A DNA stretch of 62,956 bases, filler included, from Stramenopiles sp. TOSAG23-6 (lineage: Eukaryota), in NCBI GenBank assembly GCA_900128565.1. It is 6 parts of 6 records of this genome, joined end to end, with 100 filler letters (N's around TTAATTAATTAA, not from the genome) between each part and the next. Parts side by side here need not be neighbours in the genome. Positions count along the whole stretch, not along the records: positions 1 to 12,254 come from LT636209.1; 5 more parts are not named here. One strand, written 5' to 3'. The position numbers and the translations under genes are program-made. The notes under the pieces were generated by a model, which searched no databases, had not been told where the DNA came from, and saw only the letters and a program-made list of their open reading frames with translations. Shown here piece after piece: positions 1-10,162 of this stretch (positions are counted from its first letter, which is position 1; each line of letters starts with the position of its first letter).

Positions 1-56
1 TTAGGTACAAAATTTCGTACGAAAAATAAATTCGAAATTGAAAAAAATAAAAATAC
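1..56 (-). mobile_element. Introner-like intron, 5' part (truncated by window)
   Basis: AT|GTATTTTT donor plus TTTCGTACGAAATTTTGTACCTAA core. Confidence 0.85.
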
Positions 57-1330
57 ATATCCCTTTTGAGTAAGAATTTTTCCAAGTTGACCTTCTTCGT
101 TGTAGTTATCAATGTCTTCGAATTGACCCACACAAATATGTATCGTGAAAAAATGATGTTAAAAAATTCGTTACAAAAACATTTTACGAAAAAAAAATAA
201 ATTCCGAAATTCAATTTTTAGAACGTACATTATCAACAAAAAGTTGAGGATATTTTGCTCGCTCGCCAATTTCAAAAAGCTCATTACGACGATCCTTTAA
301 CATCGAATCCATTCCATCAACAACTTCGAGTTTACCTGATGCGACTAAAGCCTCTTGGTTACCGCCCATGTAAAACAAAAAAGTTTGTCAAATTTGAAAT
401 TCGTTAGGGTAAATTTTAAAAAAAAGTTTGTCAAATTTGAAATTCGTTAGGGTAAATTTTAAAAAAAAGTTAGGTAAAAATTGTCATGAAAACGTACATA
501 TGTGTTGTAACCCAAGTAGTCACGTCGGATACCTGAGACCAAACTGGTTGTTGTTGCCCTGAAGTGATTAATAGGGTAACTTTATCTGGTGCATCGGTTG
601 AATCTGGAAGCGCATTCTTTGAAATTGATAATTTTTCAACTTCCTTCTCCACTGTTTTTTCAGTCACAACATCGTTACTTTTTGTCGTTGACGCGTTTTG
701 AGCGGTGTATGTTTCACCATGTGATACAGTAGTGACATTGCCACCTACTTCACCGCTGTAACCATTTCGAAAGTCGTATTTTTGCACTTGATGCGCAGCG
801 CCAGCTGACCGTAATTGTTTCTCAAGATCTTTTACAGTGATATCGTTACGACAGTGCGCTTTCAGAGTAAGATGAACACCGTCAAAATACTCTTTTACAC
901 CACTTGTGAAAGAAGATAACTTCGCCTTTACTAAGTTTGGCACATTTTCCCCAGTCCAACAAATAAAACCTAATTTAGTGCGTCTGCTGGTGACACCGCC
1001 ACGTTCATCGATACCAGTAACACGGAAACCAATAAAGGTTATCTCATCATCACTCACTTTAGACAAAAAATCAGGAACACCACCTATACAATGCGGGTAA
1101 TATGCGATGGTAATACAGGTAAATAAACAATAATTTTATCAAAAACAATTCAAGTATGTAATAAATACAAAATATGGTCCCCAACACTTGACTTGTAAAC
1201 GTTGCTTTTTTGGGTTTTTTTTCTTTTTTTTCAGAAAGTTACATATAACCCAACTACAATCTGTATCATCGGCATCAACAATCCGCTTCCATAACGCAGG
1301 AAGCTCCGCAGCAGGTTGGACAAGAGACAT
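57..1330 (-). CDS. Coactosin-like ADF-H domain protein with C-terminal SH3BGR/glutaredoxin-like domain (3' end may run off window)
   Basis: ADF-H motifs (WVIC, FIGFRV, RTKLGFICWTGENV, KAKLSS); after splicing 368-497 and 138-228 reads YPQLFVDNICVGQFEDIDNYNEEGQL. First intron (~1085-1170) boundaries unresolved. Confidence 0.7.
138..228 (-). mobile_element. Introner-like intron GT-AT (degenerate core)
   Basis: AAT|GTACGT...CGATACAT|ATT restores PQLFVDN-ICVG. Confidence 0.8.
368..497 (-). mobile_element. Introner-like intron GT-AT with internal tandem duplication
   Basis: AT|GTACGT...TTACAT|G joins two open frames; ~45 bp internal segment duplicated. Confidence 0.75.
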
Positions 1331-1708
1331 TCTAAGGTTCTACTTCACAAATGGCTACCAAAATCAAGAGTAAAAGAAGACAATCTCAAAAATATGGCCA
1401 TTCGAAAAAAAAAAATGTCAAAATCTGAAGAACAACACGAAAAATGAAAAATTATTTTGTGTGAATTTTGTAACGTTTTCCTCAGAACCTTCAGAAAGTT
1501 GTACTTAAGTATATACTAGTCAAAACTGAGCTTCAACACAACATCTTCTAAACAATCTGTGTTGTAAGGTGTATTTAGAACACTGGAACTCCCTTTTAGT
1601 GCACCTAGGTTGAACTAGTGATTATATTATTATTATTGTACAGAGATTTATAAAAAGTGAGAAATTGGCTGTTTAACTAGTAGAGAAACTCTCAAGATAT
1701 CAAAAAGA

Positions 1709-2590
1709 ATGGCTAATATGCAAAACGGTTTAGATATGGTAGAGGAGCAGGTACCTAAGGAATCACTCATTAAATCGGATATTCACACTCCCAATACAAA
1801 AGTAAATGAGTCTAGAAAGTTACCTTTCAGCGATGATACTCTCATAGACTCTTTGTGGGGTTTTACTACAGAAATTTTATCAGCGGCTCGGCAAGATTTG
1901 ACTAGTATAGGTGCAAAAGCTACACAAGATTTATCTGACTTTGGAAATATTCTCATTGCTGATACAAATGAAATTGCAAAGACAACAGCAACTTCATTGA
2001 GTGAACTCGCAAATATGTTACTCCAAGTAGATGATCTTTGTCATGAAAATGTTGACGAAGGAAAAGAAATGACTGATTTTTCAGAAAAAAGAAAACTTTT
2101 ACAGAAATCCTTCAAAAAAGTGTGTCCAAATGATTCACTATTCACAGAAAATAAATACGAGAAGAATAATTCTTCGACGCCAGTTGATTCTATAACAAAA
2201 CAGGCTATAGTGTCTCCAAATGTTAAAGAATGGGGAAAACATAAACAAAATAAATCTTGCTCTTTTCTAGGTCTCAAAACTGAAGGAGAGAGCGTTGTTG
2301 GAAATGCCGGTGGACTGAATGATATTCTTAGTCTCGCATTACAAGGACAACAATTTATTGATTATACTCTCAAAAGTGATGAAAATGGAGAAACTAAATC
2401 AGAGAAAAAAATAAAGAAAAGGAGTAAACCGCAAATATCTGAAAAACAAAAAAAAGCAGTACACCAAAACAATAAAGCATCATCTTCTGAAAATGATAGC
2501 TGGTGTGAAGTAGATTCTGAAGAAGATTCTTCGGGCATGAGCAGCTGGGGCGAAGTTAGTGATATCCCAGAGAAGGTACCTGTAGAATAA
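1709..2590 (+). CDS. Hypothetical protein (293 aa, acidic/Ser-rich C-terminus)
   Basis: Uninterrupted ATG-initiated ORF; no family recognised. Confidence 0.65.
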   Translation: MANMQNGLDMVEEQVPKESLIKSDIHTPNTKVNESRKLPFSDDTLIDSLWGFTTEILSAARQDLTSIGAKATQDLSDFGNILIADTNEIAKTTATSLSELANMLLQVDDLCHENVDEGKEMTDFSEKRKLLQKSFKKVCPNDSLFTENKYEKNNSSTPVDSITKQAIVSPNVKEWGKHKQNKSCSFLGLKTEGESVVGNAGGLNDILSLALQGQQFIDYTLKSDENGETKSEKKIKKRSKPQISEKQKKAVHQNNKASSSENDSWCEVDSEEDSSGMSSWGEVSDIPEKVPVE

Positions 2591-2700
2591 ATATTTACAA
2601 AAACACACAACTTTGTTGTAAGATTCAATAATAAACAAAATTTTATGGTGACTTTCTGAAGGAACTATTCGTCAATTTGTTTGAGTTTGTTCCTTTAAAT

Positions 2701-3084
2701 TTACTTCATTGGACCCTCTAATATTTCTTTACTAAACTCTACCTTTTCTTTCTTACGCCCACCAAATGTGATAGCACCTGTTTTCCCTTCGCGGATGGGT
2801 GTTTCCTCAATAAGAGCAGCTGCTGCCACACGTTCCTTTTCTTCTAATTTTTCTAACTCTACGCTTTTTATTGGGACAATCCGAGGTTTGCACAGCACTT
2901 CACTGAGATTCCCTTTTTCAGAATAAACTAAGCCTGCTTTAGGCAAAACATGTAATGTAAATGTATAAATAGAAACTTCAGTTGAGAATACAGTTTTCTG
3001 TAGGAAAAGATAATGCCTTGAGTACAATACCATCTACTATAAAAAGTTCATAAACTTACCAATTACTTCAGAGAGCTCTTCCAT
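2701..3084 (-). CDS. BBIP1: BBSome-interacting protein 1 (BBIP10)
   Basis: VLPKAGLVYSE...VLCKPRIVPIKSVELEKLE resembles BBIP1; short first exon MEELSE at 3067-3084 inferred. Confidence 0.8.
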
Positions 3085-3586
3085 AATTCTTAAAAACCCA
3101 AAGTTTGAAATATAATAATGATTAAAAAAAAATAATCAAATAAAATTTCAATGAAATACAACTTAATTATGGTGGGGTCGACACTTGAGCAAACACAATC
3201 TGCAATAACAAAGAGAGACAAAAGACGATTTTCTACGTTGTAATAAATAGGAAGGACTAAAATGACATTGTGGATATTGTGGATGATTGTTTACTTTAGT
3301 GATACCCGGTACCACTCTTTGAATCTTGAGATTTGCTACCTTTCAGCGTCAAAGAACAAATTTTAATTTTTTTTATCGAAAATTTTTGACATTTGAGCAA
3401 CAAATTTGCTACCTTTCTGTTCGCGTCAGGCAGAGCGGAGCGGGGTTTTTTTGTTTGGTGCGAACACCATTATTTAATTAGTAGGGCAGATACATTACGG
3501 CAGATAATATATTACAACAAGGCAATTCTCTAAAAACAAAACCTAAAAACAAAGTTTATCCCTGTGAAAGTTCGAATTGGCTCTGG

Positions 3587-5976
3587 ATGCCAGGAGCCAA
3601 GAGGTCCTCAAAAAGGACTAAACCTGGGCCAGAGCCAACTGCTTGTCGCTGGTGTCATTTAACTACATGCAAGCATTGTCAGTGTCCAAGTTACCGAAAA
3701 TGCACACATGCTCCAGGTGAACCATGTGCAAAAGAGCGTTATGGGCGACGCCGAGTTTGCAACACATGTGAACGTCGCAAGCTCCTTCACTCGCAGAACG
3801 GGAAAAGCAAGCGTAAGCGCTCGAACACGAACTCCCAACGAGGCTTAAAAAATCGTTCTAGAAAATATAGTAAAACCGCGAACAATATTGGATCAAATTT
3901 CAATAGTGATGGCCGTCACCGCCTAAATCGCAATATCGGCAATGAACACTTATTGAATAAGTATCATCCAGGTTTGAATTCTTCTTCTGGAATAGTTCAA
4001 TTAAGAGGGAGTAATTCACTTGCCCCGGTGATGGATGGGCTACCTGGTGGAGATTCTATGTTGGGAACACGAGGTAATATGAATGGTATTAATTCTCTAA
4101 CTGAAGTCATAACAAACCGAGGGAACGTTCTTAAACCAATGAAAAGTGTACCAACATTGGTACCGGGTGTGGGTTCTAAAGCTATGATGAGATCTATCAC
4201 AGAAGCTGATGCATTACTACGCCAAAATGGTACAAACTGTTTTCCTAGTACAGAGGGTATTTTACCTCAGCCAACTTTGGGTCGTATGAGCTCTTTTGAG
4301 GGTATTTTATCTCAACCATCTTTAGGTCGTGCGAGTTCTTTAGAAGGATTTTTATCAAGAGAAAATTCCTTTATATCGAGTGGGTGTGGATCTACTTCAA
4401 AACCTCGAGGAACCCCTGGAACGGGAGAGGTGTTGATGATGCGACAAAATTCACTACTGCCTAGTGGAACAAGTGCGTTATCTGGTACAGAAGCTATCAC
4501 AGCAGCAAGGACAAGTTTTACACGAGGTGGTTCTTTGAGTGGAGGTTTAATTGGTGGAGGGGATGTTACAAATCCATCTATGTTTGCTTCTCCTACTTCT
4601 CTACCTAGAAGAAGTTCATGTACGTTGTCATCATCAATTTCAATTTTTTTTTCACAAAAAAAATTCATACTTAACATATTTTTTCTTACATTATTTTTCA
4701 CAATACATTATGTGGTTTAGCACCGATGCTAGCATCAACTTCGAGTATTAATTCCATAAACAGTGTTATTTTTGATAATGTAAATAATGTAAATGGACCA
4801 GACGAAAACTTACAGCGTAGTAAAAGCTTGAGGTTTGAGGATTCTTGTGCGAAGGATATTGGAAATGTCTCAGATCTTTGGCATTTTTTTAAAGGAAATA
4901 GCACCCCATCAAGTCTAGGAATGCAAATGATATCTACAGGTGATTTGAATACTGGCTCTATATCGACGTACAGCGCATCTAGTCCTTCGTCCACTGAAAA
5001 AATGTATGTTTTATTTTTTTTCAAATTCGATTTTTTGTTTCGTACGAAATTTTGTACCTAACGATTTTAATGTTTGAAATATTTTTTCATAATCCATGAA
5101 TCCAAATCAAAATGTTGTGAAATTCGGTCAGAGTACATCATTTGATTCCTCTTTTTCCCGAAAGATGCTTTCCCCAATCATTTCTCGAAAAGATGATGAT
5201 TTATCGCAGGATACGCTTCGCCGTAGTCAACTCGATCGACAGTTATCTTTAGATCAGCAGTGCAAAAAAATTACATTTGAAAAATCCGTCACAACAAGTG
5301 TAGACAAACCTGCTTCTAAAGATCAAACGGTTGCTTCTATTGAACAATCGATGTCACCTGTGTCATCCGAAGGTGAGTGGAGAGAAGCGACAGATCCAAA
5401 GTCAGGTCGATTGTATTATTGGAATGTACATTTTCATCATACAAATTCATTTTTTTTTACTATGAAAATTTCGTACCTAACGAATAAAAAAAATAACCCT
5501 AATTTTTCACAATATATGTTCTAACACGTGACGTCACGTGGGACAATCCGGTAAAAAAATATACTACAGAAAGAACAGTGACAAACACGAAATTTTATGA
5601 GAAAGACGAGAAAAATTCAAGTTTTTTGTCGTTTGCTACAAATGAAAATTTCGAAGATAAAAAAAGCAAAACATATTTTGATACTTCACGGAATTTTTTT
5701 GAATCCCAGGAAATTCGAGATAATCCTAACCCTAATGAAAAAAATGGTTCAATAAAGAATAATGATAAATTTAAATGTAAGTTTAACCCAACTGCTTTAA
5801 AAGATGTAACATACCAAAAGAATGGCGTGGAAAATGGTAATGTCAACCCTAATAATGCTACATTAAAAAAACAAATTAGGAAACAAAATTTGAAAATGGA
5901 ACCAGAAAATGCCAAAAATAATGTGTGTCAAGACTTACTTGAGATTGAGAAAGAGAACACCGTTGTCGTTGTTTGA
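3587..5976 (+). CDS. Protein with Cys/His-rich N-terminus, low-complexity middle and a WW domain; 4 exons
   Basis: Four ORFs join in frame on removing 4620-4708, 5004-5097, 5426-5517; WW motif WREATDPKSGRLYYWN|VLTRDVTWDNP is rebuilt across the third intron. Confidence 0.8.
4620..4708 (+). mobile_element. Introner-like intron GT-AT
   Basis: AT|GTACGT...CAATACAT; phase 1 join is in frame. Confidence 0.8.
5004..5097 (+). mobile_element. Introner-like intron GT-AT
   Basis: AT|GTATGT, full core, ...AATCCAT; phase 2 join is in frame. Confidence 0.85.
5426..5517 (+). mobile_element. Introner-like intron GT-AT
   Basis: Removal restores WW-domain spacing. Confidence 0.9.
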
Positions 5977-6425
5977 AAAACAAATGTTTTTATTTTCAAA
6001 ACTCAAAAATGTTTAATTAATTTAAATTACGGTGTTTAAAAAAAAAAAAAATAACACATGTAAGTAATATAAAACAAAATGAAACAAATTAAAAAGAAGA
6101 AAAAAAGAGTGGAATAGCGTGAGATGTAGAATAATAAATTTAAAAAAAAAACTTCCTACAAAAAAAAAATAATATAATAGAGCACATATATTTATAACAG
6201 TTGTAATTTCTTGAGGCTCTAATAGATATTGAATTTGGTATGTAATAGTATAATAAAAAGTAACTTTGAAAAAGCACGTAACTGTTTTTTTCATTTTTTT
6301 TTCAGCCGTTATGATTATTTGACATTTTCCAAAAATGACGTCGTGTAGTCGTCATTCATTCTGCTTGGTACTAGTAGCAAAAAGATTCCCAAAACGCCAT
6401 TTTAAAATTTCAAAAAACAAAGACA

Positions 6426-8374
6426 ATGTCAGATTTGAAAGAAAATGGAACAGAAGAGGAAATGAAATTACTTGCACCCCCTCTACCACCAGAAAAGGCA
6501 ACCCTCACATGTCGATGTCCACAGGCTGGTAGTAGTCGGTTCACAAAAGACGCATCTGGGAATATATTACGTGGTGTAGACAAAAACGGCAATCCAATCG
6601 TGTACCTTGATATTTATACACCACAAGGTCTGCTGCCTGTACCAATTCCTCACGATGTTACACCAGGTGAGAAATTTGAAGTTGATTATATAGTTCGAAT
6701 GCCTTCTTCTCAAGCAAAAATGAATAGAGAAGGCACCGAGGAAAAGAGTGAAGCATCTTTGCCAGTTGCAATTGCAGAGTACACAAGACCTATGATATCT
6801 TCACCGCCAGTTCCGAAAGACGCCCAATGTAACATCTGTGGTAAGGGACCAAACGAACGGGCGGATATGATCCGTCCTTGTAATTGCGCAGGATATGTTC
6901 ACCGGAAATGTCTTGATAATTGGCGTGCTACACAACCAAATGCTTTTACTAAATGCCAGCTTTGTAATTTTAAGTATATTTTTGAGCAAGTAACTCAGAA
7001 AGAAGAAGACGAAAAGACTAAGAAATGCAAGCAGCATAAATTTCGAGCCCTTGTTGCTAGAGATGTCATCTTTGTCTTTTTGGGTATACAGCTTATTATT
7101 GTTGGTCTTGCAGTACTAATTTGGCTCCTGGATGGAAAACAACATTTTGGAGATGCTTATGAAAGAGAAAAGTTTCCTGACAAGTACCAATGTGATGAAG
7201 GTTCTTTAATCAAATTCTTTGGATGTCCGCGATATTTTGGCAAATCATTTTATTATGCTTGTGGTCTTATTGTATTCCTATTTACCGTAGGATTTACTGC
7301 GATGACAAGCTATTTCTGTTGCAGTGGAGAAAACGCCTGCGGTGAGTGTTGTTCTCAATCAGGTTGTTCAGGTTGTTATTGGGATAGTTGGGATTGCTTT
7401 TATTTATGGTATTGTTGCAGTGGAAATGGAGGTGGGAATTCATATTATAGTGGGAGTAGTTCAGGCTGTCAATTATGTTGTGAGTCATGTCAATGCGCTG
7501 ATGCTTCCTGTAGTAACGCTGGTAACTGTAACTGCGGTGATTGTGACGGTGGTGGTGGAGGTGATGCCGCAGCTTTCATTCTAATGTTTTTTCTTGTAGT
7601 AGCTGTCATAGTCGTTGCTATTTTTGTGGTGATTGGGGTATGGATTGTTCTATTTGCTATAGTATCTGCAATACAACGGATACTTCAAAAACATATGCAT
7701 GTACTGCAAAAAAGAGAGTTATGTAAAAAATGGGTTGTTGAAGACCAAGCCGGGCGATTAGCCCTTGATAAGGTTGAAACAGAATACATTTCAACTGCAA
7801 ACCCAGTCAGTGTTAACGATAATTTGAGTGGCGTACAAGTTCCTGCTGGTACTCTTTGTGTTGGTGACTTTGTTGCCGCACGATATCCAGGGTTTGATGG
7901 AAACGCCGAAAATCCATGGTTTCAAGCTGAAGTTACGGCGATTTTAACGAGTGGCATAGAATTGAAATATGCTGACGGTGATGTTAGTCAAATAGTAAAT
8001 GAAAAGTTCAGTGATGTCAAGTTCGCACCTATGGCTCCAGCAACTTTGGGTAAAGGTAGTCATGTATGTTTTATTTTTTTTCAAATTCGATTTTTTTTTT
8101 CATACTAAATTTTGTACCTAAGCTAACGAGTTTTTTTTTGAAATATTTTTCCAAAATACATCGATCAAATGATTTAGCCACGGCACGAAGTAGTTATGGA
8201 ATGGATTCCTTTTCTGTTTACGATATTCCTTTGTCCAAGTCTGATCGCAACCTTGGACTCGACGCAGCTGCTAAAGAGGTAAAAGATGTGCGTGCTAGAG
8301 ACTCGTACTTCAATGAGAATGTAGTTATTTCAGTTGAGGATGATTTAAGGAAGTCAGGAATTACTGATTGGTAA
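6426..8374 (+). CDS. RING-CH (MARCH-like) membrane E3 ligase with Cys-rich loop and Tudor/Agenet-like segment
   Basis: CNIC...PCNCAGYVHRKCLDNWR...CQLC; several hydrophobic helices; last exon joined via 8064-8161. Confidence 0.8.
8064..8161 (+). mobile_element. Introner-like intron GT-AT
   Basis: CAT|GTATGT...AAAATACAT; phase 0. Confidence 0.85.
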
Positions 8375-8463
8375 TTTCAAAAATAATTCAAAAAGATTTA
8401 TAACAATTAAATTTTATGAACTTGTTATAAAAGTAGTATTCTCACATCTGTTACTAAAATTTC

Positions 8464-9877
8464 TTACAATATATTATCAACTTTATCTAAACACATTGCT
8501 AATAACGCCATTCGCAGTGATAGGCCACACCCTGCCTGTCGAAAATATGCTGCTCTATGTATTGTAGAAAAATATTTCAAAAAAAAATCGTTAGGTACAA
8601 AATATCGTATGAAAAAAAAATCGAATTTGAAAAAAAGTAAAACATACATGGTCATCATCAACAGCTACATCAATTTCATCCACTCTTGGCAGAGGGTGCA
8701 GAACGATCATATTGGAAGCAGCAAGCTTCATGTCTTCTGTATTTAATACATATAAACCTTTGCAGTTTTCATACTCCTCCAGACAGGAAAATCATGTATT
8801 GTGAAGAAATATTTTTTTCGTAAAAAAAAATCGTTAGATAGGGAATTTTTTTAATTTTAATTTTTTTTTTTTAGTAATTTTTGTATAAAAATGAAATTCA
8901 TCCTGAAAACGTACGTTCCCTTTGAATACGCGTCATATAGAAAACATCAGTTGAACCAATAATATCCCGATAATCTTCACTTTCTGACACTTGAACTCCG
9001 GCGTTTTTTAGTTCTTGAATGTATTTCTTTGGCATCCTTAAAATGTCAGATGTATTGTGAAAAATATTTTTTTTGTAAAATTTGTTAGGTACAAAATTTC
9101 GTATGAAAAAAAATTTAGACAAAAAATTGAAAAAAAATAAAACATACGTGCAACAAAATTGATTTTGACACCATCAAACCGAGAAAGCAAACGTGACAAA
9201 GAATGCACAGTGCGACCATTTTTCAAATCTCCCACCATTGTTACCGTTATATTATCAGGTGATTCAATGCCAAGCTCCTGGATTATTGTAAAAATGTCCA
9301 ACAAACTTTGTGTTGGGTGTTCACCAGCTCCATCTCCTGCGTTAATAACAGGGTTGTTCGCTAAGAGGGAAGCTGAGGCAACGCTACCTACTAGAGGGTG
9401 TCGCATTGCAATGATATTTGTATACTCCTCCATTATGCGAATAGTGTCCGAATATGACTCACCCTTTTGCGTAGAAGATGCTGTTGAATCTAGTTGAAGA
9501 ACTTGACCCCCAAGACGCATCATTGCAGCAGCAAAACTACTAGATGTCCGAGTTGAAGGTTCAAAGAAGAGGTTTCCAAGAATACAACCTTTGCAATAAT
9601 CAACTTGACTTTGAGTTTGTCTTACTTCATGCATATGCGCAGCGACTTTCATTACAGTTTCGATACTCTGGCGATCAAATTGATTGGAAGAAAGCACATG
9701 CGATTTTTTTAGAGGGTTCACCGAGTCACTCAACGGCACTCGCATGCTTGTCATTCTTTTTAGTTTTTGAAGTCGTGTATCGCGATCATCTGAAGGCAAA
9801 CTTATGGAAGAGAAAGCCTTGGATAACCCTGCATTCTGTGTGGGTAACCAACGATGAAATACTCGAATGGAACGCAT
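8464..9877 (-). CDS. pyrB: Aspartate carbamoyltransferase, monofunctional, with N-terminal presequence; 4 exons
   Basis: FFEPSTRT, MRHP, NAGDGAGEHPTQ, VGDLKNGRTVHSL, YMTRIQRERF, HPLPRVDEI, RAAYFRQA. Confidence 0.95.
8557..8647 (-). mobile_element. Introner-like intron GT-AT
   Basis: Restores VDDDH|RAAYFRQA. Confidence 0.92.
8794..8914 (-). mobile_element. Introner-like intron GT-AT
   Basis: C|GTACGT...AATACAT|GA gives the conserved Arg of QRERF. Confidence 0.92.
9050..9147 (-). mobile_element. Introner-like intron GT-AT
   Basis: C|GTATGT...AATACAT|CT gives the conserved Pro of FVAPDILRMP. Confidence 0.92.
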
Positions 9878-10162
9878 GTTGCTAAGAAGATTTCCTAATG
9901 TTAATCTTGTTGTTGAATAGGATAATTGTACGTACCCTGTGTACCCTGCAGTCAAATTTGAATTCTTTGAATTGTGTCTACAAACCACGCGTTTGAAATA
10001 TTCGTACCATTTTGGTACGGTTTTAAAATTATTGTGATGTTATATAATAATCACGTGATCATCAGATTCTACGTATACAGGAGGCAACTTGAACCTCTCC
10101 TCCTCATTCGTTCTCAAAAGAAAACACTATTGATCAAAAGAAAACATTATTTAAACAATCTA

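Noticed and set aside
1085-1175. Possible AT-starting intron in the coactosin-like gene (WGP|GGVPDF join)
   Set aside because: Several boundary choices fit, including a weak GT-AG one; cannot be resolved without cDNA.
8062-8159. Reading the elements as U12-type AT-AC introns (ATGTATG...AATAC)
   Set aside because: No ATATCCTT donor, and copies with unequal flanks give a stop or lose conserved residues in this register.
8063-8160. TG...CA ends as in LTR elements
   Set aside because: Several copies lack the 5' T (8914, 9147, 30995), there is no 4-6 bp duplication, and the ASL Trp needs the GT register.
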